Shown one piece after another: positions 18,764-28,997 of a stretch of DNA of 64,000 nt. The translations under genes and the position numbers were made by a program. Every line of letters starts with the position of its first letter. Positions within the stretch are counted from its first letter, which is position 1. The stretch is taken from assembly GCA_963723995.1 (NCBI GenBank), contig CAVRSZ010000001.1, forward strand, positions 1,307,573 through 1,371,572, given 5' to 3'. Origin of the DNA: an uncultured Acidimicrobiales bacterium (lineage in GTDB: Bacteria; Actinomycetota; Acidimicrobiia; Acidimicrobiales; SZUA-35). A model generated the notes under the pieces. It was given only the letters and a program-made list of their open reading frames with translations, made no database searches and was not told the origin of the DNA.

Positions 18764-21700
18764 GCTCCTCGAAGCCCCGCACCATCTCGGGCAGCCGGGC
18801 GAGCGCCAGCGCCGCCCCCATGTCCGACTCGGGAATCACCGGTGTCGAGGAGATGCGATCCAGCATCGAGCCCACGACCGCCTCGTAGTCATCGACCAAC
18901 TCACGTTCCAGCCGACGCATCGCCGTCATCCCGAACGGATCGAACCGAGTTCCTCGAAGCCGCTTGCCTCGGGCCAGAGCCCGGAACGCGGGGGCGGCCG
19001 CCGCCGGGATCCTCACCTTGCCGCCATAGCCGACGCGGCTCAACATCGGTTTCAGGATGGGGGGATGGAGGTGCCAGGTGATGGCCGGCAGCGGTGGATC
19101 CGGCGTGAGTGAGGCAGTCGTGTTGTCGGCCGGTGGGGGCGGAGCCGAGGTTGCGAGCCGTTTGGCCGGAGCCAGCCCGTCGGCCTTGGTCATGAGCCGG
19201 GCCACTTCGTATTCGTCCTTGTAGGCCATCAGCTTGTGGAATCCCCGAGCCGTGGCCATGGTCAGCGCCACATGGCCGGTGGCCGCTCCACGGGCCACCA
19301 ACCGAAGGAATCGGCGGGCGTAGGCCTCGTCCTGATAGTCCACCAGGTCGGCGACCAGCATCTCGATGATGGCCCTGTCCCGGTCGTTCGGTGCGATTCC
19401 GGCCACCGCCTGCTCGACCTCGGCCGCCAGCCGGGCCGACAGGCGGTCGACATCGATTCGAAGCCCACCATCGGACCCCGAGGACCATCGGGCCAGTTCC
19501 CGGTTGGCGGCGGCGGCGTCGGCCCATAGGCGACGGCCCCACTCCAGGGCGGCAAGATTGGCCTCGACGGCCACCCCGTTGAGTTGCACGGCCTGCCGCA
19601 GGGAGTGGAGCGATACCGGCAGTCGACCGGACTGCAGGGCGGCGCCGACCAGGATCATGTTGGCCGTAGCCGCCACGCCGGTGACGATTCCGGCCGTCTC
19701 GGCGGCGTCGACGGTGAAGTCCGGGTCCCGATCGATGGCGCCTCGGAGCCGCTCGGCCACGGTGCCCCGGTCGGACAAACCGGGATCGGTGATCTGCCTC
19801 CCGGTCGGGGTCTGTGTGGTGGAGGCAAGAACCACGGTACGGGGGCTCAGGGCACCCAACGCGCCGTCGGCCGCCGCCACCATCAAGTCGAAGGCCAGCA
19901 GGAGATCGGCCTGGGCCCGACCGGCAAGGTTCGATCGGTGGGCCACGGCCCCACCGGGATGGATGATCACGTCGCTGATCACGGGGCCGGCCTTCTGGGA
20001 CAGCCCGGTCTGGTCGAGGCCCGACACCCGATGACCGTCAAGCATGGCGGCGGTGGCGATGACCTGGGCCACGGTCACCACCCCGGTGCCTCCGATTCCG
20101 GCCAGCCTGACCACCGCGGTGTCGGACGCCGGCTGGGGTTCCTCAACGGCAATGACGGACGGATCGGGTAGGACCCGATTGTCGGACTGCGACGGATCCC
20201 GGCCGTCGACTTCAATGGTCATGAACGCCGGACAGTCGCCCTTCAGGCACGAGTAGTCGTAGTTGCAGCCGGCTTGGTCGATCCAGGTTTTCCGTCCCAG
20301 CGGAGTGTCGACCGGCTGCACCGACAGGCAATTGCTGACATCGCCGCAGTCGCCGCATCCCTCACAGATCCGGTGGTTGATGACCACCCTGGTTCGAGGG
20401 GTGGGGGCCAAACCCCGCTTGCGGGCCCGCCGCAGTTCGGCGGCACACGCCTGATCGTGGATGATGACGGTCACACCCGGTATCCCTGCCAGCTGCCGCT
20501 GGAGTTCCACCAGTTCGGTTCGATCGTGCACGGAGACCGTCGAGGGAACCCGGCTGCCCCGATAACGACGGGAGCGGCGGGAGTACAGCGAGGTGTCATC
20601 GGTGGTGATCACCACCTTGCCGGCGCCGTGGGCCAGCAGGATGGCGGCCAGCTCGACCGGCCCTACGCTGTGCGACGCGTCCTGGCCACCGGTCATGGCC
20701 ACGGTGTGGTTGTACAGGATCTTGAATGTGACGTTGGCGCCGGCCCCGATGGCGGCCTGGATGGCCAGCTGGCCGGAATGGAAGAACGTTCCGTCCCCGA
20801 AGTTCTGGAACACGTGCTTCGTCTCGACGAAGGGAGCCATGCCCAACCACTGCGCTCCCTCGTTGCCCATGGCCGTGATGCCGATCGAATCGCCCACCCG
20901 CTCAGGATCCATCAGCAGGGTCATGCCGTGACAGCCGGTGCCCATACCGACCACGGCACCGTCGGGAACCTTCGTCCCCCAGTTGTGGGGACATCCAGAG
21001 CAGAAGTACGGGGCTCGCTGCACGGTGAGAGGTGGACGTGACGGCGCCGGGGGCGAGGGCGGAGCCAATCGATCGGTCAACCGGGGCTCCAGCCGCGTCC
21101 GGAGCGCCGGTTCGATGACGTCGCCGTCGAGCTGGCCGTACGACGGCAGCAGGCTGTTGCCCTCGGCATCCTCCTTACCCACCACCTGGGGCCTCATGGT
21201 GGTGGCGTAGAGCGCATCACGAACCAGGCGCTCCAGAGTGGGGTTCTTCTCCTCCACCACGAAGATCTGTTCCAGGCCACGGGCGAAGTGGGCTACGAGA
21301 TCCCGGTCGAAGGGAACGGGCATGCGGAGATTGAGCAGCCGGATCCCGGCGTCGGCGATGGCCTGCCGGGACTCGAAGCCGAGCCGGCGGAACGCCTCGA
21401 GGACCTCGCCGAAGGTGAAACCTGTGGCCACCACTCCCAGCCATGCGTCGGCCGGGTCGGCCGGCACCTGGTTCAGCTCGTTCTCGATCCCATAGCGCAG
21501 GGCCAGAACGGTTCGGATCTCGTGGAACTCCCGCTCCACCTCCACCATTCTCGGTCCCAGGAACTGGGCCGAGGGATGAGGCAGCCAGCGTCGACCGTCG
21601 ATGTCGAGGGTCGGCACGATCGGTTCCCGATCGAGGGCGGGAAGGTGAACCGTCCCGTTGCCGTCGGCCACGGCCGTCACCACCTTCAGCGCCGACCACA

Positions 21701-22319
21701 GGCCGGTGGCCCGGGACATGGCGATCCCGTGGAGCCCCAGTTCCAGACATTCGGCCACCGTGGCCGGATAGAGGATCGGCATATGGAGATCGACCAGGGC
21801 GGCATCGGACGATGACGGCATGGTCGACGACTTCGCCGACGGGTCGTCGCCGACCAGGGCCAGGGCGCCACCGGTGGCGCTGGAGCCGGCGAAGACTCCG
21901 TGGCGAAGGGCGTCGGTGGCCCGATCAAGGCCGGGTGCCTTGCCGTACCACACGCCGACCACACCGTCATAGCGACAGTCGCTTCTGGTTGCGGCCAGCT
22001 GCGAACCCATGACGGCGCTGGCCCCCAGTTCCTCATTGACCGCCGGGAGATGGGTGATCGGAAGTTCGGGGCCGATGATCCGCAACGCTTTGGCCAGTTC
22101 GAGATCGAATCCTCCCAGCGGCGAGCCGGGGTAGCCCGAGACGAACGCCGCTGTGTTTCGCCCGGCGCGCCGGTCACGCCGGATTTGCTCGATGGGGACA
22201 CGGGCCAGGGCCTGGACCCCGGTGAGAAACACCATGCCGTCGTCGGCCCGATACCGATCGGCCAGGTCGTAGTCATGGGCCGGAGATCTCCGGCCGATCT
22301 TGATGTCGTCCACGGACAT
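18669..22319 (-). CDS. Fused indolepyruvate:ferredoxin oxidoreductase family protein
   Basis: SGYPGSPLGG, WYGKAPGLDR, YFCSGCPHN, GDGTFFHSG (TPP), CEGCGDC, GIGGTGVVT, KLMAYKDEYEVARL. Confidence 0.92.
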   Translation of the reverse strand: MSVDDIKIGRRSPAHDYDLADRYRADDGMVFLTGVQALARVPIEQIRRDRRAGRNTAAFVSGYPGSPLGGFDLELAKALRIIGPELPITHLPAVNEELGASAVMGSQLAATRSDCRYDGVVGVWYGKAPGLDRATDALRHGVFAGSSATGGALALVGDDPSAKSSTMPSSSDAALVDLHMPILYPATVAECLELGLHGIAMSRATGLWSALKVVTAVADGNGTVHLPALDREPIVPTLDIDGRRWLPHPSAQFLGPRMVEVEREFHEIRTVLALRYGIENELNQVPADPADAWLGVVATGFTFGEVLEAFRRLGFESRQAIADAGIRLLNLRMPVPFDRDLVAHFARGLEQIFVVEEKNPTLERLVRDALYATTMRPQVVGKEDAEGNSLLPSYGQLDGDVIEPALRTRLEPRLTDRLAPPSPPAPSRPPLTVQRAPYFCSGCPHNWGTKVPDGAVVGMGTGCHGMTLLMDPERVGDSIGITAMGNEGAQWLGMAPFVETKHVFQNFGDGTFFHSGQLAIQAAIGAGANVTFKILYNHTVAMTGGQDASHSVGPVELAAILLAHGAGKVVITTDDTSLYSRRSRRYRGSRVPSTVSVHDRTELVELQRQLAGIPGVTVIIHDQACAAELRRARKRGLAPTPRTRVVINHRICEGCGDCGDVSNCLSVQPVDTPLGRKTWIDQAGCNYDYSCLKGDCPAFMTIEVDGRDPSQSDNRVLPDPSVIAVEEPQPASDTAVVRLAGIGGTGVVTVAQVIATAAMLDGHRVSGLDQTGLSQKAGPVISDVIIHPGGAVAHRSNLAGRAQADLLLAFDLMVAAADGALGALSPRTVVLASTTQTPTGRQITDPGLSDRGTVAERLRGAIDRDPDFTVDAAETAGIVTGVAATANMILVGAALQSGRLPVSLHSLRQAVQLNGVAVEANLAALEWGRRLWADAAAANRELARWSSGSDGGLRIDVDRLSARLAAEVEQAVAGIAPNDRDRAIIEMLVADLVDYQDEAYARRFLRLVARGAATGHVALTMATARGFHKLMAYKDEYEVARLMTKADGLAPAKRLATSAPPPPADNTTASLTPDPPLPAITWHLHPPILKPMLSRVGYGGKVRIPAAAAPAFRALARGKRLRGTRFDPFGMTAMRRLERELVDDYEAVVGSMLDRISSTPVIPESDMGAALALARLPEMVRGFEELKVRRVAEYRAEQQRLRDRLIPEDRSSAVAR

Positions 22320-22405
22320 CTCACCAGAGTAGATCAGCCACCGACAATCAGTCGGATGATGAAGTCGACTCGAGATGTTCATCTCGTCGAGCTACGATCT
22401 GCCGG

Positions 22406-22858
22406 ATGGTCGTTCACTCAACACCGGATCTCGATGATCTTGATCGGAAGATCGTCGACACCTTGAAGCGCAACGGCCGACTGTCGATCCCGGCACTGGC
22501 CGAAGCCGTCGGCACGTCGCGTGCCACCGCCTACACCCGATTCGATCGATTGGTGGACACCGGCGTGATCACCGGGTTCCGGGCCACGGTCGATCCCCGC
22601 CACCTGGGCCTCATGGTCTCGGCGCTGGCCATGGTCCGCATCACCCAGGCTCGGTGGCGAACCGTGGCCGACTCCCTGGCCACCATCGACGGTGTGGAGT
22701 GGCTGGCCTTGAGTGCCGGGAACTCGGACTTCGTGTTGCTGCTTCGGGCCAGGAGTCTCGAGCACCTGCGCGATGTCGTGTTGGAGCAGGTGCTGGCGGT
22801 GAAGGGGGTGCAGGGCATCGAGACCCGGGTTCTTCTCGAGGAACTCAGACCTCGGTAG
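22406..22858 (+). CDS. Lrp/AsnC family regulator, divergent from the oxidoreductase
   Basis: LDDLDRKIVDTLKRNGR-HTH, GVITGFRATVDP. Confidence 0.92.
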   Translation: MVVHSTPDLDDLDRKIVDTLKRNGRLSIPALAEAVGTSRATAYTRFDRLVDTGVITGFRATVDPRHLGLMVSALAMVRITQARWRTVADSLATIDGVEWLALSAGNSDFVLLLRARSLEHLRDVVLEQVLAVKGVQGIETRVLLEELRPR

Positions 22859-24653
22859 CCTCCGTGGTGGTCGCCGGCGGGGGATCATCACCGCCCGAGG
22901 GGGCGCCACCGCCGCCGACGATGTCGGGGTCGGGGCCGAACTGGATCAGCAGGTCGTCACCACCGGCGGCATTGATCGAGGTGAACACGACGCGACGGCT
23001 GTCGGGAATCACCCGGCACAGGCTGACCCACCCCGGATCATCGAGCCGTTCGACACCAATGGTTCGCATACCAACACCGATGCCGACGAGGTGACGGAGC
23101 CGACCGGCCGTGTACTGGGGCGGTAGTAGTGTCCGGGGGTCCACCAGCTTCGTGGTACCGGCGTCGTTGGAACGGGACGGATCGTGCAGCGCATACAGAT
23201 TCTCCGATCCGATGACTTCGGCAATCTGGCGAAGCGCGAACGTGTCCAGATGGTCGATTCCGGATAAGGCGACGGCGTGGCGTATACCGAGGGCGGCCAT
23301 GGTGTCGACGAACTCGTGGCGGTCGATTCGGCCCGAGTAGACCATCTGTCCGCACTCGATGGCCCGCTTCTCGTCGTCGTCGGTGAGGCCGATGTGAATG
23401 GCCGGGATCTCTAGTTCGTTGAGCTCCTCGGCAAAGGCGACGGCGAAGGGCCCGCCGCCGATGAGGGCGACACCATTGGACTCGGCCTGGGCCACCCGGA
23501 GGCGATCGGCGGCCGGACCGGCGCCGAGGCCGACGACCAGGACGGTACCCAGCACGACGGTGAACACAACCGGTACCAGAGGACCGGGGTCCATGCCGAG
23601 TTGGTCCAATTCCTCGGCGAAGAGCGAGGCCACGGCCGCCGCCACCACGCCACGGGGAGCCATGAGCATCAGGTACTTCCGGTGTGGAGAGGGAAGATCG
23701 GTTCCCAGCGTCGAAGCCAACACGGCAAGTGGACGAGCCACGACCAACAGCACGGCGATAATGGCCAGGCTGGCCGGCGCGTAGTCGAGAATCTCGGCTA
23801 TGTCGACCCGAGCCCCCAGCACGATGAACAGGGCGCCGAGAACCAATCCACCCAGGTTCTCGCTGAATTCCACGATATGAGCCGATGGGACCCGGCTCTG
23901 ATTGGCGAAGGCCATGCCCATCAGGGTGGCCGCCACCAGACCGGCTTCGGGCCGGATCTGGTTCGACAGGGCGTAGGCGGCGACCAGGCCGGCCAGGGTC
24001 AGATTGACCTGAAGATGGTCGGGAATCTGACGGAGAGCCAGTGCACCGATCAACACCACCGAGATGGCGGCACCGACGGCCAGGCCGGCTCCGAAGGTGG
24101 TCAGAACCTGAACAAGAGCCCGCTCAAAGCCCCGATCCTCCAAGATGGCATCCAGAACCACGATGGCCAGACCGGCCCCGACCGGATCGATGAGAATGCC
24201 CTCCCAGCGCACGATGGATGCCGTCGGTTCCCGAGGCCGCACGGCCCGGAGAATGGGAATGACCACCGTGGGACCGGAGACGATGAGGATGGCCCCTATG
24301 AGCAGAGCCAGCTTGACGTCGAGATCGAGGATGAGCCCGGTCACCAGCGATCCCACAAACCAGGTAACCAGGGCGCCCACGGTCACCAGGCGAATGACCG
24401 GGAACTTCGCCTCGCCTATGTCGTTCCATCGAAGGCTGGCCCCGCCTTCGAACAGCAGGACGGCCACTCCGACACCGACGCCGGTGAACAGCAGCTCGCC
24501 AAAAACCTCATCGGGGTTCAGAATGGTACTGAGAGCCATGCCGGCGGCGAGTAGGAACAGCACCGACGGCAGCTTGAGGCGCCCACCGATCCACTGGGCG
24601 ATGGCCGCGGTCGACAAGATCACGGCCAGAGCCACCAGAGGACTGGTAATCAC
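22845..24653 (-). CDS. CPA1/NhaP-type cation:proton antiporter with C-terminal NAD-binding-like domain
   Basis: Many TM helices, LFEGG, VSGPTVV, WEGILIDPVG, APRGVVAAA. Confidence 0.88.
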   Translation of the reverse strand: MITSPLVALAVILSTAAIAQWIGGRLKLPSVLFLLAAGMALSTILNPDEVFGELLFTGVGVGVAVLLFEGGASLRWNDIGEAKFPVIRLVTVGALVTWFVGSLVTGLILDLDVKLALLIGAILIVSGPTVVIPILRAVRPREPTASIVRWEGILIDPVGAGLAIVVLDAILEDRGFERALVQVLTTFGAGLAVGAAISVVLIGALALRQIPDHLQVNLTLAGLVAAYALSNQIRPEAGLVAATLMGMAFANQSRVPSAHIVEFSENLGGLVLGALFIVLGARVDIAEILDYAPASLAIIAVLLVVARPLAVLASTLGTDLPSPHRKYLMLMAPRGVVAAAVASLFAEELDQLGMDPGPLVPVVFTVVLGTVLVVGLGAGPAADRLRVAQAESNGVALIGGGPFAVAFAEELNELEIPAIHIGLTDDDEKRAIECGQMVYSGRIDRHEFVDTMAALGIRHAVALSGIDHLDTFALRQIAEVIGSENLYALHDPSRSNDAGTTKLVDPRTLLPPQYTAGRLRHLVGIGVGMRTIGVERLDDPGWVSLCRVIPDSRRVVFTSINAAGGDDLLIQFGPDPDIVGGGGAPSGGDDPPPATTTEATEV

Positions 24654-24902
24654 GTCGTATGCACTCCCTGCAACCGCCGATGCCTGCGAGGGCCGGCGAT
24701 CTGCCTTGACTGTCGGTCCCCCCGTCTATCGGTTCAGCCGACCAGAACGTTCGCGTAGACATGCCAAACTAGCGCTGTCCAGGCCACCAGGCTCAAAACC
24801 ACGTTCCCGAGGGACAGACGTCGGGGATAATGACTAGGTGGGCGCCGGATGGGTAGAACACCTGTTGTTCAGAATCGACCCCTACTGCAGGCGGTGACCG
24901 AT

Positions 24903-26486
24903 ATGGAAGCATCGAACAACGACAAGGCGCCGTCCGAGAAACCGGCCGTGACGACCGGCGTTGCCGATCCGGCAACACCGGAAGCAACGTCCGGCCTTGC
25001 CATCGCCGTCATCGGAGCAACCGGGTATGTCGGAGGTCGGCTCGTGCCCGAACTCCTGGCCGCAGACCACCGAGTTCGCTGCCTGGCTCGCAAGCCCGAT
25101 CGACTCGACGGCGTGGAATGGCGTGACCGGGTCGAGGTGGTCCAGGCCGACGTATTGGACCGGGAATCGCTGGATGCGGCCTTCGACGGCATCGACGCCG
25201 TCTACTACCTGGTTCACGCCATGGGCCACTCGGGCGACTTCGAACGTACTGATCGGGTGGGAGCCGACAACACCCGTCAGGCGGCCGAAAAGGCCGGCGT
25301 CGCTCGCATCATCTACCTCGGAGGGCTGGGCGACGACGCCAACGACGACTTGTCGGACCATCTCGCCAGCCGGCACGAAGTGGGTCGAGTCCTGGCGTCA
25401 GGATCGGTGCCCGTCACCGAACTGCGGGCAGCGGTCATCATCGGATCCGGCTCCGCCTCGTTCGAGATGCTTCGTCATCTGGTCGAGGTCCTGCCGGTGA
25501 TGGTGTGCCCACGCTGGGTGACCAGGACCAAATGCCAGCCCATCGCCATCGCCGACGTTCTGCGCTACCTGGTGGCCGTGGTCGACCACCCCGAGGCCGA
25601 GGGTCGCGTTCTCGAGATCGGTGGTCCCGACGTCCTGACCTATCGGGAGATGATGGATCACTACGCCGACGTGGCCGGCCTGCAACGACGACTCATCATT
25701 CCCGTGCCCCTGCTGACACCCCGATTGTCGTCACACTGGGTCAACGTGGTCACCCCGCTCCCCTATGGTTTGGCTCGACCCTTGGTGGGAAGCCTCATCA
25801 ACGATGTCGTCGTCACACCGCAGCGGGACATCGGCACCATCATGGATCACCGACCCTTCACGTTCGACGAGGCGCTGCAACGGGCGCTCTCCAGGGTCCA
25901 GGACATGACCATCAAGACCAGTTGGATGGACAGTGCACCGTCACTACTCAGTTCCGCCTCTCCCCTGCCCCAGGACCCTGAATGGTCGGGTGGCACCATC
26001 TACCAGGACGTCCAAGACGTGGCATCCACCGCCGGCCCCGACCGGTTGTTCGCCGCTGTCAGTGGTGTCGGCGGAAGCCGGGGCTGGTACGTGGCCAACA
26101 GCCTCTGGGCCCTTCGGGGTGTGGCCGACAAGCTGGTGGGTGGTGTCGGGATGCGCCGAGGTCGTCGCCACCCCGACGATCTCCGAGTCGGCGATGCCCT
26201 CGACTTCTTCCGGGTCGAGGAGTATCGGCGACCCCATCTACTGCGACTACGGGCCGAAATGAAGGTGCCGGGCGAGGCCTGGCTGGAATGGCGCATCTCG
26301 CCGGGGGACGACGGTGGGACCCATCTGAGCCAGGTGGCCCGGTTCCATCCCCGAGGATTGGCGGGGCGAGCCTACTGGTGGGTATTGCTACCGATCCACA
26401 AGATCATCTGGAGACGTCTGGCCAGGCGCCTGGCCGAAACCGCCGAAGTGGAGTCGGCATCCAAGCAGGAGCCTGTCGCCGCCTGA
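24903..26486 (+). CDS. SDR/NAD(P)-binding oxidoreductase with C-terminal DUF2867 (YbjT-like)
   Basis: GATGYVGGRL, YYLVH, LRAAVIIGSGSASFEML, LRLRAEMKVPGEAWLE, GRAYWW. Confidence 0.9.
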   Translation: MEASNNDKAPSEKPAVTTGVADPATPEATSGLAIAVIGATGYVGGRLVPELLAADHRVRCLARKPDRLDGVEWRDRVEVVQADVLDRESLDAAFDGIDAVYYLVHAMGHSGDFERTDRVGADNTRQAAEKAGVARIIYLGGLGDDANDDLSDHLASRHEVGRVLASGSVPVTELRAAVIIGSGSASFEMLRHLVEVLPVMVCPRWVTRTKCQPIAIADVLRYLVAVVDHPEAEGRVLEIGGPDVLTYREMMDHYADVAGLQRRLIIPVPLLTPRLSSHWVNVVTPLPYGLARPLVGSLINDVVVTPQRDIGTIMDHRPFTFDEALQRALSRVQDMTIKTSWMDSAPSLLSSASPLPQDPEWSGGTIYQDVQDVASTAGPDRLFAAVSGVGGSRGWYVANSLWALRGVADKLVGGVGMRRGRRHPDDLRVGDALDFFRVEEYRRPHLLRLRAEMKVPGEAWLEWRISPGDDGGTHLSQVARFHPRGLAGRAYWWVLLPIHKIIWRRLARRLAETAEVESASKQEPVAA

Positions 26487-26540
26487 GACTCGTTCCCGGT
26501 AGGTCTCACCGGGGCGGCGGAGGCGCCACCGGGCCGACGA

Positions 26541-27728
26541 TCAGAAACGATGGGCAACTGCCAGGGCCAGCGTGGCACCGGCGACAATGGACAGCGCCAC
26601 CGTCAGCCACATCACCGTATATCCGGCAACCTCGATCAGCCAGCCTGTGATCAGGGGGGCACTGAAGACACCGACATAGACGCCCATCTGGGTCGTTCCC
26701 GTGGCCGAACCGGCAGCGGCGGCATTGGTCCTGACGATGCCGAAGTTGGTGAACACCGGCCACACCCAGCCACCGGCGAACGCCACCATGGTGGCGACCA
26801 CGTGGACGGGGACCGAACGCACGGCCAAGGCTGCCGCTCCCAGCGCACCGATCAGCACCGTTGTTCCGGCCACCCGGAACGGACGGATCCGCAAGCCGTC
26901 CAGTCGATAGCCGGAGAACAGCCGTAGGACGATACCGCAGGCAGCGCCGAGGCTGAGCATGAGCCCGGCCTGACCCTCGCCGAGGCCGGCGTCCACTCCC
27001 GACGACACCACCCAGGCGTTGAGGGCACCGGCCCCGAACGAAAGGAAGCCGCCGGCCACGGCCGCCATTGTCAGATCACGGGCGGTCGAGACCGGACGAG
27101 GTCGGGATGCCGGCGACACGGGTGCTGTGGGAACGATGACCGCCCTCACCGCCACCAAGGCCATGGCGGCCATGACCACACCGACCATGAAGGCCCAACG
27201 CCATCCGACGGTCAGGGCCAGCCCCGGCACCATCAGACCGCCCAGCAGGCTGGCCGTCGGCATTCCCGACTGCTTGAGAGCGATGGCGAGGCCGAGCCGC
27301 TCGATACGGGCCTGGGTCAGCGCCAAGTTGACTGCGGTCTGGGTGGCGGCGTTGGCCAGACCACACACGGCCAGTGCCACGACAAGCCCAAGGAAGCCCG
27401 ACACCAACCAGGCGACCGACAGTTGGGCCCCGATGGTGGCGGTCAGCGACAGTGTGATCTGCCGACGCGGTCCGATGGTCTGAACCAGCCGGCCCAACAG
27501 CAGCGAACCGAACATGGCGGCGAGGAAGAAGCCGCCCAGTGCCCACCCGTAGATCTTCTCGGTCACGGCGAATTCGGCACCGACCTGCACGGCCAATGCC
27601 CCAGCCAGGAAACCGGGGAACACACTCGACACCGTGGTCAAAACGGCGGCGGCGACGAGCCGGCGATCGAACGCCTCGGCTTCGCCCTGTGGCGGACCGC
27701 CGAACCTAAGGCTGGTTTCGGAGGTCAA
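26541..27728 (-). CDS. MFS transporter
   Basis: About 12 hydrophobic helices; LGRLVQTIGPRR motif-A-like segment. Confidence 0.8.
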   Translation of the reverse strand: MTSETSLRFGGPPQGEAEAFDRRLVAAAVLTTVSSVFPGFLAGALAVQVGAEFAVTEKIYGWALGGFFLAAMFGSLLLGRLVQTIGPRRQITLSLTATIGAQLSVAWLVSGFLGLVVALAVCGLANAATQTAVNLALTQARIERLGLAIALKQSGMPTASLLGGLMVPGLALTVGWRWAFMVGVVMAAMALVAVRAVIVPTAPVSPASRPRPVSTARDLTMAAVAGGFLSFGAGALNAWVVSSGVDAGLGEGQAGLMLSLGAACGIVLRLFSGYRLDGLRIRPFRVAGTTVLIGALGAAALAVRSVPVHVVATMVAFAGGWVWPVFTNFGIVRTNAAAAGSATGTTQMGVYVGVFSAPLITGWLIEVAGYTVMWLTVALSIVAGATLALAVAHRF

Positions 27729-28740
27729 GGACGTTTCGACCCGTGATCGATCCCCGAACGATGCCGTCGAGCACCGACTCCAGTTCGTTCAGCCCGATGT
27801 CGTGGCCGATGGACTCGAGCCCGGTGGGGCGGAGGTCGCCTCCCAGTCGTTCCCACACCATCCGGCGGCGCTCGATCGGGGTCTGTACCGAGTCGACTCC
27901 GAGCAGGGCGACACCCCGGAGGATGAAGGGCATCACGGTGGTCGGCAGATCACCGCCACCTGTCAGCCCGGAGGCGGCAACCGCGCCCCCGTATTCGGTG
28001 CGAGCCAAGACATTGGCCAGAGTCACACCGCCGACACAATCGACGGCGGCGGCCCACGACGTCGGCTGCAGCGGGCGTCCCGGTTCCGAAAGCTCACTGC
28101 GATCGATGATCGAACCGGCCCCCAGGCCCTTCAGGTAGTCCGTGGCTTCGGCTTTCCCGGTGGAGGCGATGACCTCATAGCCCCGCCCCGCCAACATGCT
28201 CACGGCCGTGCTCCCGACCCCACCGGTGGCACCGGTCACCAGCACCGGGCCGTCGTCGGGCCCGACGCCGTGCTCCTCGAGTTGCACGACCGACAGGGCG
28301 GCGGTGAACCCGGCGGTGCCGAGGACCATGGTGTCGCGAAGTGACAAGCCGGCAGGTTTGGCCACCAACCACCGGGCGGGAACCCGGGCGTACCGGGCAA
28401 ACCCACCGTGGCGGGCAACACCGATGTCGTGGCCATGACCGATGACCTCGGACCCCGGCGGGAACCGCTCACCTTCATCGCCCGGATCGACCTCGACCAC
28501 GACACCGGCCATGTCCACCCCCGGCACCAGCGGGTTGATCCGGGCCACTCGGCCCTTGGGAATGGTGGCCAGGCCGTCCTTGTAGTTCACGCTGGACCAA
28601 TGGACCTCGATCAGAGCACCATCCTCGGGCAGATCATCGAGTCCGAGTGCGGCGACGGATCGATCCACGGATTCGCCGGTGTCATCGGCCGTGGCCACAA
28701 AGGCGGGAAAGGTTGAGTGCTGGTCGGTGGACGAACTCAT
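27706..28740 (-). CDS. Acryloyl-CoA reductase AcuI/YhdH-family MDR oxidoreductase
   Basis: SSVNYKDGLA, GTAGFTAALSV, VTGATGGVGS, TVMPFILRGVALLGVDSV. Confidence 0.88.
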   Translation of the reverse strand: MSSSTDQHSTFPAFVATADDTGESVDRSVAALGLDDLPEDGALIEVHWSSVNYKDGLATIPKGRVARINPLVPGVDMAGVVVEVDPGDEGERFPPGSEVIGHGHDIGVARHGGFARYARVPARWLVAKPAGLSLRDTMVLGTAGFTAALSVVQLEEHGVGPDDGPVLVTGATGGVGSTAVSMLAGRGYEVIASTGKAEATDYLKGLGAGSIIDRSELSEPGRPLQPTSWAAAVDCVGGVTLANVLARTEYGGAVAASGLTGGGDLPTTVMPFILRGVALLGVDSVQTPIERRRMVWERLGGDLRPTGLESIGHDIGLNELESVLDGIVRGSITGRNVLDLRNQP

Positions 28741-28997
28741 GGAGGCGACGGTATCGCCCCTGACCGAGCGGTGCGAATCACCCCATGGTGGCCCCGCCCG
28801 TCACCAAATCCGGGCCCGCAGGGGCATGCGACTCCCCACCGAGACCCATCCGGCGGAAACCTCGCTGTCCAAGCGGCAAATAACCCGAATGTCACAGCCG
28901 AAGATTCCCAAAGCGGCAGCGTGAAAAGCTATGGTGACAAAGGAGCCCGAAATGGGGTCGCACATCGGGCACAGGACGGCCCACGAAAGGAAACGAC